Source: an uncultured Eubacterium sp. (GTDB lineage: Bacteria > Bacillota > Clostridia > Lachnospirales > Lachnospiraceae). Taken from it: DNA of 64,000 nt. The stretch lies in contig NZ_CAKRAS010000005.1 of assembly GCF_934295145.1 (NCBI RefSeq), forward strand, positions 5,544 through 69,543, in the 5' to 3' direction. Positions 27,920 to 36,838 of this stretch are shown here, in pieces. Position 1 is the first letter of the stretch, and the number at the start of each line of letters is the position of its first letter. The notes beneath the pieces were generated by a model, which was given only the letters and a program-made list of their open reading frames with translations, ran no database searches and had not been told where the DNA came from. The position numbers and the translations under genes are program-made.

Positions 27920-29041
27920 ATGTACAGAGTTCTTGTATTTGGAATGACAGAAAATCCCGGTGGTGTGGAAAGTGTGATCATGAACTATTACCGGTGTATT
28001 GATAAAACAAAAATACAATTTGACTTTCTTTGTAATTTTCATGAGAATGCGGCGTATGAGGACGAATTGGTCGCCATGGGCGGTAACGTTTTTCATATTA
28101 CAGCCCGCAGTGAGAATTATGGAAAATATAAAAAAGAATTGGAAGCATTTTTTGAAACTTCACAGGGTGTTTATGATGCAATCTGGGTAAACGTCTGTAG
28201 TTTGGCCAATATTGATTATCTGATCATGGCAAAAAAATATGGTATACCGCGGAGAATCATTCACAGTCATAATTCGCAGAATATGGACAGTAAACTGCGT
28301 GGCATGCTGCACAAAAGAAATAGAAAACGCATTGATAAATTCGCAACGGATTTCTGGACATGCTCTGAGGATGCTGCAAAATGGTTTTATGAAAAACGTC
28401 TGCTTCCGAAAGTTGTGATGATCCGAAATTCTATCTCAGTGGAACGTATGGCTTTTGATGAGGAAAAGCGTAAAAAATATCGGAAACAGTTGCAGTGTAA
28501 TGACGATATATGGGTGATTGGAAATGTCGGCAGACTGCATTTTCAGAAAAATCAGAAGTTCTGTCTGGAGATTTTTCAGCAGTTTTTGAAAAAAGATTCG
28601 AATGCCTGTCTGGTTCTGATTGGACAGGGCGAGGATGAAGCAGAGCTGAAGGAGTTGACCAGGCGGTATGGAATCAGCAAAAAAGTGTACTTTGCGGGAA
28701 TGCAGACGGATATCCGTGGATGGCTGAGTGCGTTTGATACTTTTTTGTTTCCATCTAAATTCGAGGGACTGCCGATAGCAGCGTTGGAAGCACAGGCGAA
28801 TGGCGTGCCAATGGTGGCTTCTGCAAAAGTAATACCGCAGGAAGTAAAAATTAATTCGAACTTTGAATTTGTGAATCTGGATGAGGGGGCAGTCGTATGG
28901 AGTGAGCACCTGAATCATATTCGGCAGACGATGAAACGTCTTGATATTTCAGAAGTAAAACAGAATTTTACGGAAAAGGGATATAATATAGAGACGGAAA
29001 CAGTAAAATTAGAGAAGTTGTTTTTAAAGGAAGTAAAATGA
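27920..29041 (+). CDS. GT4-family glycosyltransferase
   Basis: IGNVGRLHFQKNQ and FPSKFEGLPIAALEAQANGVPMVAS motifs. Confidence 0.75.
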   Translation: MYRVLVFGMTENPGGVESVIMNYYRCIDKTKIQFDFLCNFHENAAYEDELVAMGGNVFHITARSENYGKYKKELEAFFETSQGVYDAIWVNVCSLANIDYLIMAKKYGIPRRIIHSHNSQNMDSKLRGMLHKRNRKRIDKFATDFWTCSEDAAKWFYEKRLLPKVVMIRNSISVERMAFDEEKRKKYRKQLQCNDDIWVIGNVGRLHFQKNQKFCLEIFQQFLKKDSNACLVLIGQGEDEAELKELTRRYGISKKVYFAGMQTDIRGWLSAFDTFLFPSKFEGLPIAALEAQANGVPMVASAKVIPQEVKINSNFEFVNLDEGAVVWSEHLNHIRQTMKRLDISEVKQNFTEKGYNIETETVKLEKLFLKEVK

Positions 29042-30093
29042 AGAAATATCAAATTGTAGAAATTTCTGAAAATCATAATCATGCGGGAACAAAGGCAACT
29101 CAGGATATTACAGAGATTGCAGATCAGCTTGGGTATGAGCGGGTCATGATTCGCATGAATACAACAAAAAAGACAAAGCTTGCAAAAGTACAGCGGCAGA
29201 TTGGATATCGGAAAGACTGGGCAGAATGTCTGAAAAAGGTAGAGGAGAATGCTGTTATTTTATTACAGCATCCGTTTCATTATCCTCAATTAACCAGAGA
29301 AAAAACACTCATGGAACTGAAAGAAAAAAAACATGTGAAATTCGTCAGCCTGATTCATGATGTAGAGGAATTGAGAGCTTTTCGGTATAACGATTATTAT
29401 AAGGGTGAATTTGATTTTATGCTGCGCATTGCAGATGTATGGATCGTACATAATGCGGTGATGAAGCAGTTTTTTATAGAGTGTGGTGTTCCGGAAGAGA
29501 AAATTGTGACACTTGGAATTTTTGATTATCTGCAAAGTGGAAGTGTGTATAGAAAACCACAGTTTGAAAGATCCATTACGGTAGCTGGAAACCTTGATAC
29601 TGAAAAATGTGGATATGTTGGTCAGCTTGGTCAATTGTCAAGTGTACAGGTGAAATTGTTTGGAATGAATTATGATAAAAAAATGGATCAATGTGAAAAT
29701 GTACGGTATTACGGAAGTTTTCCAACAGATGAGATCCCTGGAAAATTGACGGGTGGTTTTGGTCTGGTATGGGATGGAGCCGGTATTGACGGATGTATCG
29801 GACAGTCCGGACAATATTTACGCTACAATAATCCACACAAATTATCATTATATTTATCAAGTGGTCTGCCGGTCATTATCTGGAAAGAAGCTGCGGAAGC
29901 GGCTTTTGTAAAAACACAGGGAGTTGGCATCTGTGTGGAATCCCTTAAGGAATTATCGACAATATTTGAAATGTTGGACGAGAATACGTATAATGGATAT
30001 GCAGAAGCTGCACAAGTGCTTTCAGAAAAATTAAGGACAGGACAGTTTGGCAGAAAGGCAATACGGACAGCAGAGGATATATTAGGATTATGA
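29038..30093 (+). CDS. Putative sugar transferase (WbbI-like / galactofuranosyltransferase-like family)
   Basis: GLVWDG...YLRYNNPHKLSLYLSSGLPVIIW resembles proteins usually annotated as beta-1,6-galactofuranosyltransferase in Gram-positive EPS loci. This is from memory and unverified. Confidence 0.4.
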   Translation: MKKYQIVEISENHNHAGTKATQDITEIADQLGYERVMIRMNTTKKTKLAKVQRQIGYRKDWAECLKKVEENAVILLQHPFHYPQLTREKTLMELKEKKHVKFVSLIHDVEELRAFRYNDYYKGEFDFMLRIADVWIVHNAVMKQFFIECGVPEEKIVTLGIFDYLQSGSVYRKPQFERSITVAGNLDTEKCGYVGQLGQLSSVQVKLFGMNYDKKMDQCENVRYYGSFPTDEIPGKLTGGFGLVWDGAGIDGCIGQSGQYLRYNNPHKLSLYLSSGLPVIIWKEAAEAAFVKTQGVGICVESLKELSTIFEMLDENTYNGYAEAAQVLSEKLRTGQFGRKAIRTAEDILGL

Positions 30094-30890
30094 GTAAGAA
30101 GAATATAAAAATAATAGTTGCTGCGCATAAGAGATATTGGATGCCGTCGGATGAAATGTATCTGCCGATACATGTAGGTCATGCAATCGCAAAGGAAGAT
30201 ATTGGATATCAGGGTGACGATACCGGCGAAAATATATCTGAGAAAAATGCAAACTATTGCGAATTGACAGGTATTTACTGGGCATGGAAGAATCTTGATG
30301 CAGATTATATTGGCCTGGTACATTACAGACGTTATCTGTCAAACAGGAACAGCGGTTTTCCTGTCTGGTTTAAGGATAAAAAAGAATCTGTTTTAACCTG
30401 GAAAAAGGCGAATCACATTTTGGAACATTATGATGTGATTGTTCCGAAAAAAAGAAATTATTATATAGAGACATTGTATAAGCATTATGAACATACACAT
30501 GATCACAAACATCTGGATATCACAGGAGAAATCATACAGTCTCTTTATCCGGCGTATGAGGAGACTTTTACGAGAATGCTTCAGCGTAAAAGCGGTCATA
30601 TGTTTAATATGTTTATTATGAAAAAAGAACTGTATCATGCGTATTGTGAATGGCTGTTCCCTGTTTTGCAGCAAGTGGAAAAGAAAATTGATACTAGCAA
30701 AATGACGCCGTATGAGGCCCGGTTTATGGGACGAATTAGTGAATTATTACTGGATGTGTGGTTGGAGCATAATCATATTGTATATAAGGAACTGCCCTGG
30801 GTTCAGCTCGGAAAAGAAAACTGGCCAAAGAAAATCAGATATTTCCTTGCGGCAAAATTTAAAAATAGAAAGTATGGACAGAGCTTTTAA
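30090..30890 (+). CDS. DUF4422-type putative glycosyltransferase
   Basis: IKIIVAAHKRY...LPIHVG...NANYCELTGIYWAWKN is the typical DUF4422 N-terminal signature seen in EPS loci. Confidence 0.6.
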   Translation: MSKKNIKIIVAAHKRYWMPSDEMYLPIHVGHAIAKEDIGYQGDDTGENISEKNANYCELTGIYWAWKNLDADYIGLVHYRRYLSNRNSGFPVWFKDKKESVLTWKKANHILEHYDVIVPKKRNYYIETLYKHYEHTHDHKHLDITGEIIQSLYPAYEETFTRMLQRKSGHMFNMFIMKKELYHAYCEWLFPVLQQVEKKIDTSKMTPYEARFMGRISELLLDVWLEHNHIVYKELPWVQLGKENWPKKIRYFLAAKFKNRKYGQSF

Positions 30891-30897
30891 ACCAGTG

Positions 30898-30925
30898 TTG
30901 ACATTTATAAAAAAGAGAGTAAGAT
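30898..30925 (+). promoter_or_regulatory. Candidate promoter for the L,D-transpeptidase gene
   Basis: TTGACA (30898-30903), a 16-nt spacer, then TAAGAT (30920-30925). Confidence 0.35.
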
Positions 30926-30997
30926 TTAGACTTAGAGTTATTTATTGTAAAGAATGGGTGTAAATGTTACAAACATTTTTTGCAGAAAGGTGGGTTT

Positions 30998-32965
30998 ATG
31001 AAATTAAACAAGGCAATCATGGTGCTGGCAACAGCTGCCCTGCTCACGGGTATGTGTTCTGTGCCTGCGTTGGCAAAAGATGCTTCTGCCACTGTACCTG
31101 TGACAGGGACGCAGGAAGAAAAAACGGATGCGGAACAGCAGGAAATGTGGATTCGACACAATGGACATATAGATGATGTCAAAGAGTATGAAGTAGTGAA
31201 AAGTGAGGATACAGACTCTGTTTATCAGAAGATAAAGTATACCTGTACAGAAACGGGAAAGGAATATACCGCTACAGTACATACGGATGAAGCAAAGCAT
31301 ATCTGGAGTGACAAGTACACCATCGATCAACCTGCTACACCGGATCAGAAAGGGACAGAAAGCAAACATTGTACCGATGAAAAATGTGAGGCAGTGAGTG
31401 ATGTAAAAGAAGATGTAGACTGGGTTCCGGTGGCATCTATCTCATTTGGTGTAAAGGAAGTACATGTAACAGATGCCACACCATTTGAACTGGATACAGT
31501 TGTTTCACCGGAAAATGCATCAAACCAGGATCTGATCTGGGAATCTTCTGATCCGGGTGTTATTGCGGTAGATGCACAGACAGGTACCATTACACCGATG
31601 AAAAATGGTACCGCTACGATTACGGCATGGGATTCAGAGAAAAAGGTATCAGCATCCGTTAATGTAACAGCTGACATGGTCAATGGCATTATCAAAAACC
31701 AGGAAGATGGCAATTGGTACTACTATCACAATGGCTTGATTGACCGTACCTATACCAATGTCGCAAAAAATGCAAACGGCTGGTGGTATGTAAAAGATGG
31801 TCAGGTAGATTTTTCTTATACTGGTGTAAAAAGTAATGAAAATGGTTCCTGGCGAATCGTCAACGGAAAAGTAGATTTCAGCTGTAATGATATCGTAAAG
31901 AGTGAAGATGGCTGGTGGTATGTCCGTGGCGGAAAAGTAGATGATAGTCATACTGGTGTAGATAAAAATGCATATGGTTGGTGGCGTGTTGCTAACGGAA
32001 AAGTAGATTTTGACTGCAATAGTGTAGAAAAGAATTCTAATGGCTGGTGGAAAATCACAAATGGAGCTGTAGATTTTTCCTATACCGGAGTAGCAAAAAA
32101 TAGTCTTGGCTGGTGGCGAATTGTCAAAGGTAAAGTAGATTTTGGCTGCAATAGTGTAGAGAAGAATGAGCTTGGCTGGTGGTATATCCGCGGAGGTAAA
32201 GTAGATTTCAGTTATACAGGAGTAGCAAAGAACAGTCTTGGCTGGTGGCGAATCGTCAACGGAAAAGTAGATTTTAATTGTAATAGTGTAGAAAAAAATA
32301 ATCTTGGCTGGTGGTACATCCGCGGAGGTAAAGTAGATTTCAGTTATACAGGAGTAGCAAAGAACAACCTTGGCTGGTGGCGTGTTGCTAACGGAAAAGT
32401 AGACTTTGGCTATAATGGTATTGCGGTAAATAGTTATGGAGCTTGGTATATTCAAGGCGGAAAAGTGGATTTTGGTTACAATGGAAATATGAAGTGGAAT
32501 GGCACTGATTGTTATATTTCAAACGGAAGAGTGACAATGCAGGGCGTGAGCCCACAGATTGCTGCCAGGGCAGCTACCGCATCCAGTGATACAAGTTGGT
32601 TAATTGTTACAGATACGTCTGCTTGCAAGGTAGCTGTTTTTGCAGGGGCACAGGGAAACTGGTCAACTGTTAAATATATTTCCTGTAGTCCGGGTAAACC
32701 TTCTACACCGACAGTAAAAGGAGAATTTAAAGTAACAGGTCGAGGCTTATCCTTTGGAAAGCCAACCTATGATTGCTGGTATTATACACAGTTCTATGGA
32801 GATTATTTATTCCATTCAGTTATTTACAACAAAGGAAGTAAAACAAGTATTCAGGACGGACGTCTTGGTATGCAGTTATCTCATGGATGTGTAAGACTTG
32901 CTTTAAGTGAAGCAAAATGGATCCATGACAATATTCCAAACGGAACAAAAGTAATTGTATTCTAA
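30998..32965 (+). CDS. Secreted L,D-transpeptidase (YkuD) with Big_2 domain and ~13 cell-wall-binding repeats
   Basis: RBS AAAGGTGGG precedes ATG at 30998. Signal peptide is MKLNKAIMVLATAALLTGMCSVPALA. A Big_2-like VSPENASNQDLIWESSDPGVIAVD segment is followed by the repeats. The C-terminus has FHSV...QLSHGCVRL, the YkuD catalytic motif. Confidence 0.8.
   Translation: MKLNKAIMVLATAALLTGMCSVPALAKDASATVPVTGTQEEKTDAEQQEMWIRHNGHIDDVKEYEVVKSEDTDSVYQKIKYTCTETGKEYTATVHTDEAKHIWSDKYTIDQPATPDQKGTESKHCTDEKCEAVSDVKEDVDWVPVASISFGVKEVHVTDATPFELDTVVSPENASNQDLIWESSDPGVIAVDAQTGTITPMKNGTATITAWDSEKKVSASVNVTADMVNGIIKNQEDGNWYYYHNGLIDRTYTNVAKNANGWWYVKDGQVDFSYTGVKSNENGSWRIVNGKVDFSCNDIVKSEDGWWYVRGGKVDDSHTGVDKNAYGWWRVANGKVDFDCNSVEKNSNGWWKITNGAVDFSYTGVAKNSLGWWRIVKGKVDFGCNSVEKNELGWWYIRGGKVDFSYTGVAKNSLGWWRIVNGKVDFNCNSVEKNNLGWWYIRGGKVDFSYTGVAKNNLGWWRVANGKVDFGYNGIAVNSYGAWYIQGGKVDFGYNGNMKWNGTDCYISNGRVTMQGVSPQIAARAATASSDTSWLIVTDTSACKVAVFAGAQGNWSTVKYISCSPGKPSTPTVKGEFKVTGRGLSFGKPTYDCWYYTQFYGDYLFHSVIYNKGSKTSIQDGRLGMQLSHGCVRLALSEAKWIHDNIPNGTKVIVF
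31697..32540 (+). repeat. Coding array of ~20-aa NGWW repeats, 2-unit (A/B) superperiod
   Basis: Units alternate between GWWYIRGGKVDFSYTGVAKN and GWWRIVNGKVDF(G/N/S)CNSVEKN. Neighbouring copies are highly similar at DNA level. Confidence 0.85.
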
Positions 32966-32981
32966 AAAATGTAAGAAGAAA

Positions 32982-33024
32982 ATGTGGATTTTAGATATAG
33001 AAAATCTAAAATCCATATTTTTTG
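32982..33024 (+). terminator. Rho-independent terminator
   Basis: 15-bp stem, atgtggattttagat with atctaaaatccatat (one G-U pair), followed by a T-run. Confidence 0.8.
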
Positions 33025-33029
33025 TGCTC

Positions 33030-33058
33030 TTGAATATTAAAAAAATGTGGGTTATAAT
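33030..33058 (+). promoter_or_regulatory. Candidate sigma-A promoter for the esterase / muramidase / glucosaminidase genes
   Basis: TTGAAT (33030-33035), a 17-nt spacer, then TATAAT (33053-33058). Confidence 0.5.
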
Positions 33059-33115
33059 ATAAAATTAGTTTAGAGTTAATACAATAGATGAATAGGAAAG
33101 GCAAGAAGTGAAGAA

Positions 33116-35608
33116 ATGAAAAATTGGAAAAGACGAATTTCTGCATTACTCTGCGGTCTTATGATTTTGACATTGACAACAGGAACAGTATATGCAGCAG
33201 ATGCTTCTGATGAAACATCAAATGTGACACTGGAGACACAGACCGAAAGCGCAGAGCAGACGGAAGTTGATGAGAGTGAAATTTCAGAACAGTTATTGGA
33301 GCCAAATATAAAAATTCAGGAAAATCAAATAACGCTGCGTTATGATGACAGATATTCCATTTATTCTGATCAGGATCATGAAGAATATAATGACTATAAA
33401 ATTGATCATGTAACAAATTTAGAGAGCAAATCACATCCAGTGAAAACGGGAGAAGTACAGAAGCAGGAATCAGATGAAGTACTTACTCAGACAGATGACA
33501 GTAATGTGAGAGCAAGTGGCGTTGGTACAGCACTTCTGGTTTTGGTTCCAAAGGAAGAAAACAGTGAGGCATTATACGATAAAATTTATGTTCATGTGAC
33601 TGTGGAAGCAGCACCACTGACGATCATGTATCTAATGGGACAGAGTAATATGGAAGGTATGTGTTCTGCTAATACGGGCTATCAACTGAATAAGTCAGTG
33701 GCCTGTGAGCCGGGAACTGTATATTCAACATATGCGCCAACTGTCTGGAACTGGGCAAGAAATATTACAGGAATTAATTTTTCTAAAGTATGTAATGCAG
33801 GAAATGCGGAGGATTTTGTGACTGGTTCAATGAATGGTGACAGTTCTTTATCAGGAAAAACACTGGAATATCCATTAAATACTCTGTCTTCAGAGGGTGA
33901 AGGAAAAACAGGTCCGGATAGCGCACTGGCTTATGAATGGAACCACTTAACAGGCGAAAAAGTCTGGACAGTAAATGTGGCTTGGAGTGATACAGCAATT
34001 GCAAGCTGGCTTCCGGGACAGAGTGTATATGAGAGAGCAATTACGCTCAGCAAACTAGCGCAGAAAGTATACGAAGCAGAAATTACATCCGGACATTACA
34101 CGGAAGGACATCGCCTGATGTATTGGCTCCAGGGAGAAACTGCAGACAGAACGCGAAGTGCATCTGATTATTATAATGATTTCTATACGATGTACAGCAA
34201 TATCACAAAGCAGTTAACCATTGAAAAGTGTGGCATTATTATGCTTCGCTCTTCTGTCGGATCGAAAGAGACCGAGGATGAGCTGGTTATGACTGGACCG
34301 AGAGCAGCGCAGTATGGAATTGGTGGAAGTACATCGTCAAAATTAAATAACGTATATGTAGTGACAAATGATAACGAAGCATGGGTAAGTGACGCCGGTG
34401 TAGGTCAGTATTTTTCAAAATATAATGGTACATTTGATTATCCGATTCGCGATGGATTCAGTAAAGTTCCGACAAGGATCACCGATGTTCATTATGATAT
34501 TCACTATTCTCAGATTGGGCATAATGAAAATGGAATTATGGCTGCAGATGGTATGTATCAGATGATGCAAAAGCATGGCCAGGGAGATGTAACAGTTGAC
34601 TGGCGAGATGCAAATGGAAAAAGTGTAACACAGGTTTATGTGAGACAAAATCATACAACAACTCTGGTAGGAGTGACAACTCCGGTATATGGTGCAAAAA
34701 ATGTAACCTATCGTACAAACGGAAATATTTCCTATGATTCGGAAACCGGTACATTGAAAGGACTGCAGAAAGGCACCGTTGCAACTGTCAGTGCGATTGT
34801 TGGGGGGAAGACGATTCCTCTTTCTGTAACTGTTTTGGATGAATGGGACTATTCAGCAGAATTAGGAGCTTCTTATACGGGATTGTATAAAGATAATGAT
34901 CAGTGGATTTATGTACAAAATGGAAAAGCAGATTTTTCTTATACCGGTTTTGTGCAGAATGAAGATAATTGGTGGTATGTCGAAAATGGCAGAGTGTCTT
35001 TTCTGAAAAAGGATGTTATCAAAGGTGTTGTAAATGGAGAAGAAGGCTGGTGGTTTGTAAAAGACAGTCAGATTCAGTTTGTAGATTCTATTGAGAAAAA
35101 CAGCAACGGCTGGTGGCGGATTGCCAATGGAAAAGTAGACTTCAACTGCAACAGTGTAGAAAAGAATGAACTTGGCTGGTGGTATATCCGAGATGGAAAA
35201 GTAGACTTTGGTTATACAGGAGTAGCTAAAAATAGCAATGGCTGGTGGCGAATTGTCAATGGAAAAGTAGACTTTGGCTGCAACAGTGTAGAAAAGAATG
35301 CCCTTGGCTGGTGGTACATCCAGGGAGGAAAAGTAGACTTTACATATACAGGAGTGGCGAAAAACAGCAATGGCTGGTGGCGAATCGTCAATGGAAAAGT
35401 AGACTTTAGCTGCAACAGTGTAGAGAAAAATGAACTTGGCTGGTGGTATATCCGAGATGGAAAAGTAAATTTTGGATATTATGGAATTGCAAAAAACAGT
35501 AATGGCTGGTGGTATATCCGAGGAGGAAAAGTAGATTTCGGATATAATGGAAATGTATGGTATCATGGTCATAATTACTGGGTTTCAAACGGTTGGGTAA
35601 GAATGTAA
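33116..35608 (+). CDS. Secreted SASA/SGNH-type carbohydrate O-acetylesterase with Ig-like region and ~11 cell-wall-binding repeats
   Basis: Signal peptide is MKNWKRRISALLCGLMILTLTTGTVYA. YLMGQSNMEGM (Ser nucleophile block), YWLQGETAD and DIHYSQIGH are typical of the sialate-O-acetylesterase-like (DUF303) family. The C-terminus carries NGWW repeats. Confidence 0.7.
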   Translation: MKNWKRRISALLCGLMILTLTTGTVYAADASDETSNVTLETQTESAEQTEVDESEISEQLLEPNIKIQENQITLRYDDRYSIYSDQDHEEYNDYKIDHVTNLESKSHPVKTGEVQKQESDEVLTQTDDSNVRASGVGTALLVLVPKEENSEALYDKIYVHVTVEAAPLTIMYLMGQSNMEGMCSANTGYQLNKSVACEPGTVYSTYAPTVWNWARNITGINFSKVCNAGNAEDFVTGSMNGDSSLSGKTLEYPLNTLSSEGEGKTGPDSALAYEWNHLTGEKVWTVNVAWSDTAIASWLPGQSVYERAITLSKLAQKVYEAEITSGHYTEGHRLMYWLQGETADRTRSASDYYNDFYTMYSNITKQLTIEKCGIIMLRSSVGSKETEDELVMTGPRAAQYGIGGSTSSKLNNVYVVTNDNEAWVSDAGVGQYFSKYNGTFDYPIRDGFSKVPTRITDVHYDIHYSQIGHNENGIMAADGMYQMMQKHGQGDVTVDWRDANGKSVTQVYVRQNHTTTLVGVTTPVYGAKNVTYRTNGNISYDSETGTLKGLQKGTVATVSAIVGGKTIPLSVTVLDEWDYSAELGASYTGLYKDNDQWIYVQNGKADFSYTGFVQNEDNWWYVENGRVSFLKKDVIKGVVNGEEGWWFVKDSQIQFVDSIEKNSNGWWRIANGKVDFNCNSVEKNELGWWYIRDGKVDFGYTGVAKNSNGWWRIVNGKVDFGCNSVEKNALGWWYIQGGKVDFTYTGVAKNSNGWWRIVNGKVDFSCNSVEKNELGWWYIRDGKVNFGYYGIAKNSNGWWYIRGGKVDFGYNGNVWYHGHNYWVSNGWVRM
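34873..35605 (+). repeat. Coding array of NGWW repeats (A/B superperiod, same class as 31697-32540)
   Basis: [43 protein letters not shown] recurs, with near-identical DNA copies around 35150 and 35405. Confidence 0.85.
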
Positions 35609-35712
35609 CAGTGAAGGAATGTGGATTATCCAGAGCCCAATATGCTGATTTTAAAGTAATATGCAAAGTGAAAAATGCTCCAGCTACAGAAATGATAGTT
35701 GGAGTATTTTTT

Positions 35713-36759
35713 ATGGAAAGGTTAAGTATGAGTACAGGTGAGCTGATTAGCACTGAACGGTTGCAATATAATAACATTGACTTGATAAAATTCATTATGG
35801 CTTTTGCTGTAGTTGCAATACATACGAATCCGTTGGTTAATTGTAAAAATGACATAGTTCAAATTGTATATAATAATATTGTTAACATGGCAGTACCATT
35901 TTTCTTTTTGACAACCGGTTTTTTACTTTCAGGGAGAATGTCATTTTCGAACAAAACATCAGATATATCTATATTAGGACATTATATAGGAAAAATACTG
36001 AAAATGTATTTTATTTGGATGGTATTATATACCCCGTTAACAATTTATCATGTTTTTGATAAGAACATTTCTCTTAAAAAAGCTATGTCAACATATTTAC
36101 AAGGGATATTTTTTACTGGAGAACAATATAATGCTTGGCCGTTATGGTATTTGCTATCAACCGTATATACATTGTGCATAGTAATATTATTGTTAAAATT
36201 GAATGCTTCAAAAAATAGTTTCTTGATAGTGAGTATAATTTTTTCTGTTATTTCAATTGGAATAAGCTGGATTGCAGGAATTGAAAGCAGTAAATATAGT
36301 GTTGAAATAGTGCAAAATATAATTGCACATACAGTTTATAACGGGCGTATATTCAGAGGAATGATATTTATTCCTATAGGTATGTGCTTCAATTTCCAAA
36401 AAATATCCTATAATATGAATATTTTAATTATGATAAGTAGTTTTTTTCTAAATTGCATTTTAAAGAATTATTTTTTGAGATCATATTTATTGATTTTGAC
36501 AACAGTAAGTTTTTTTGGAATAATTTTAAATTGGAAATTAATGGATCATCCTGTATATCATAAATTAAGAAAGATGAGTACGATTATGTATTTGATTCAT
36601 ATGTATATATGGAGTATCTACTATAAAGTTCTTTATGGAGAAAAAACATACGGATTAGATAGTTTTATTATTACTTCGCTTTGTGGATGTGTTGTGGCAT
36701 TACTTTATTTAAAAGTTATTAATAAATTCAAGATGCGAGCTTTTCACAAGAGAAAATGA
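35713..36759 (+). CDS. Acyltransferase-3 family membrane protein (AT-rich, likely insertion)
   Basis: GGAG lies 8 nt before ATG at 35713. It has YNNIDLIKFIMAFAVVAIHTNPL and a polytopic profile. Composition is visibly more AT-rich than both neighbours. Confidence 0.6.
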   Translation: MERLSMSTGELISTERLQYNNIDLIKFIMAFAVVAIHTNPLVNCKNDIVQIVYNNIVNMAVPFFFLTTGFLLSGRMSFSNKTSDISILGHYIGKILKMYFIWMVLYTPLTIYHVFDKNISLKKAMSTYLQGIFFTGEQYNAWPLWYLLSTVYTLCIVILLLKLNASKNSFLIVSIIFSVISIGISWIAGIESSKYSVEIVQNIIAHTVYNGRIFRGMIFIPIGMCFNFQKISYNMNILIMISSFFLNCILKNYFLRSYLLILTTVSFFGIILNWKLMDHPVYHKLRKMSTIMYLIHMYIWSIYYKVLYGEKTYGLDSFIITSLCGCVVALLYLKVINKFKMRAFHKRK

Positions 36760-36838
36760 TATGTTTAGCTTGTTCCAGTTTATGTATTGAGTTATACTAA
36801 AAAGTATATAGTTGTTTTTAGAAAGATGAGGTTTACAA

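Noticed and set aside
31649-32455. Long antisense ORFs inside the repeat arrays, with striking PPA(K/I) periodicity. This one is 268 aa. Others are at 34862-35572, 38390-39013 and 40840-41391.
   Set aside because: They are the mirror image of the sense-strand GWW repeats (ggctggtgg read backwards gives PPA). They have no start context or RBS, and the sense frames carry signal peptides and catalytic domains.
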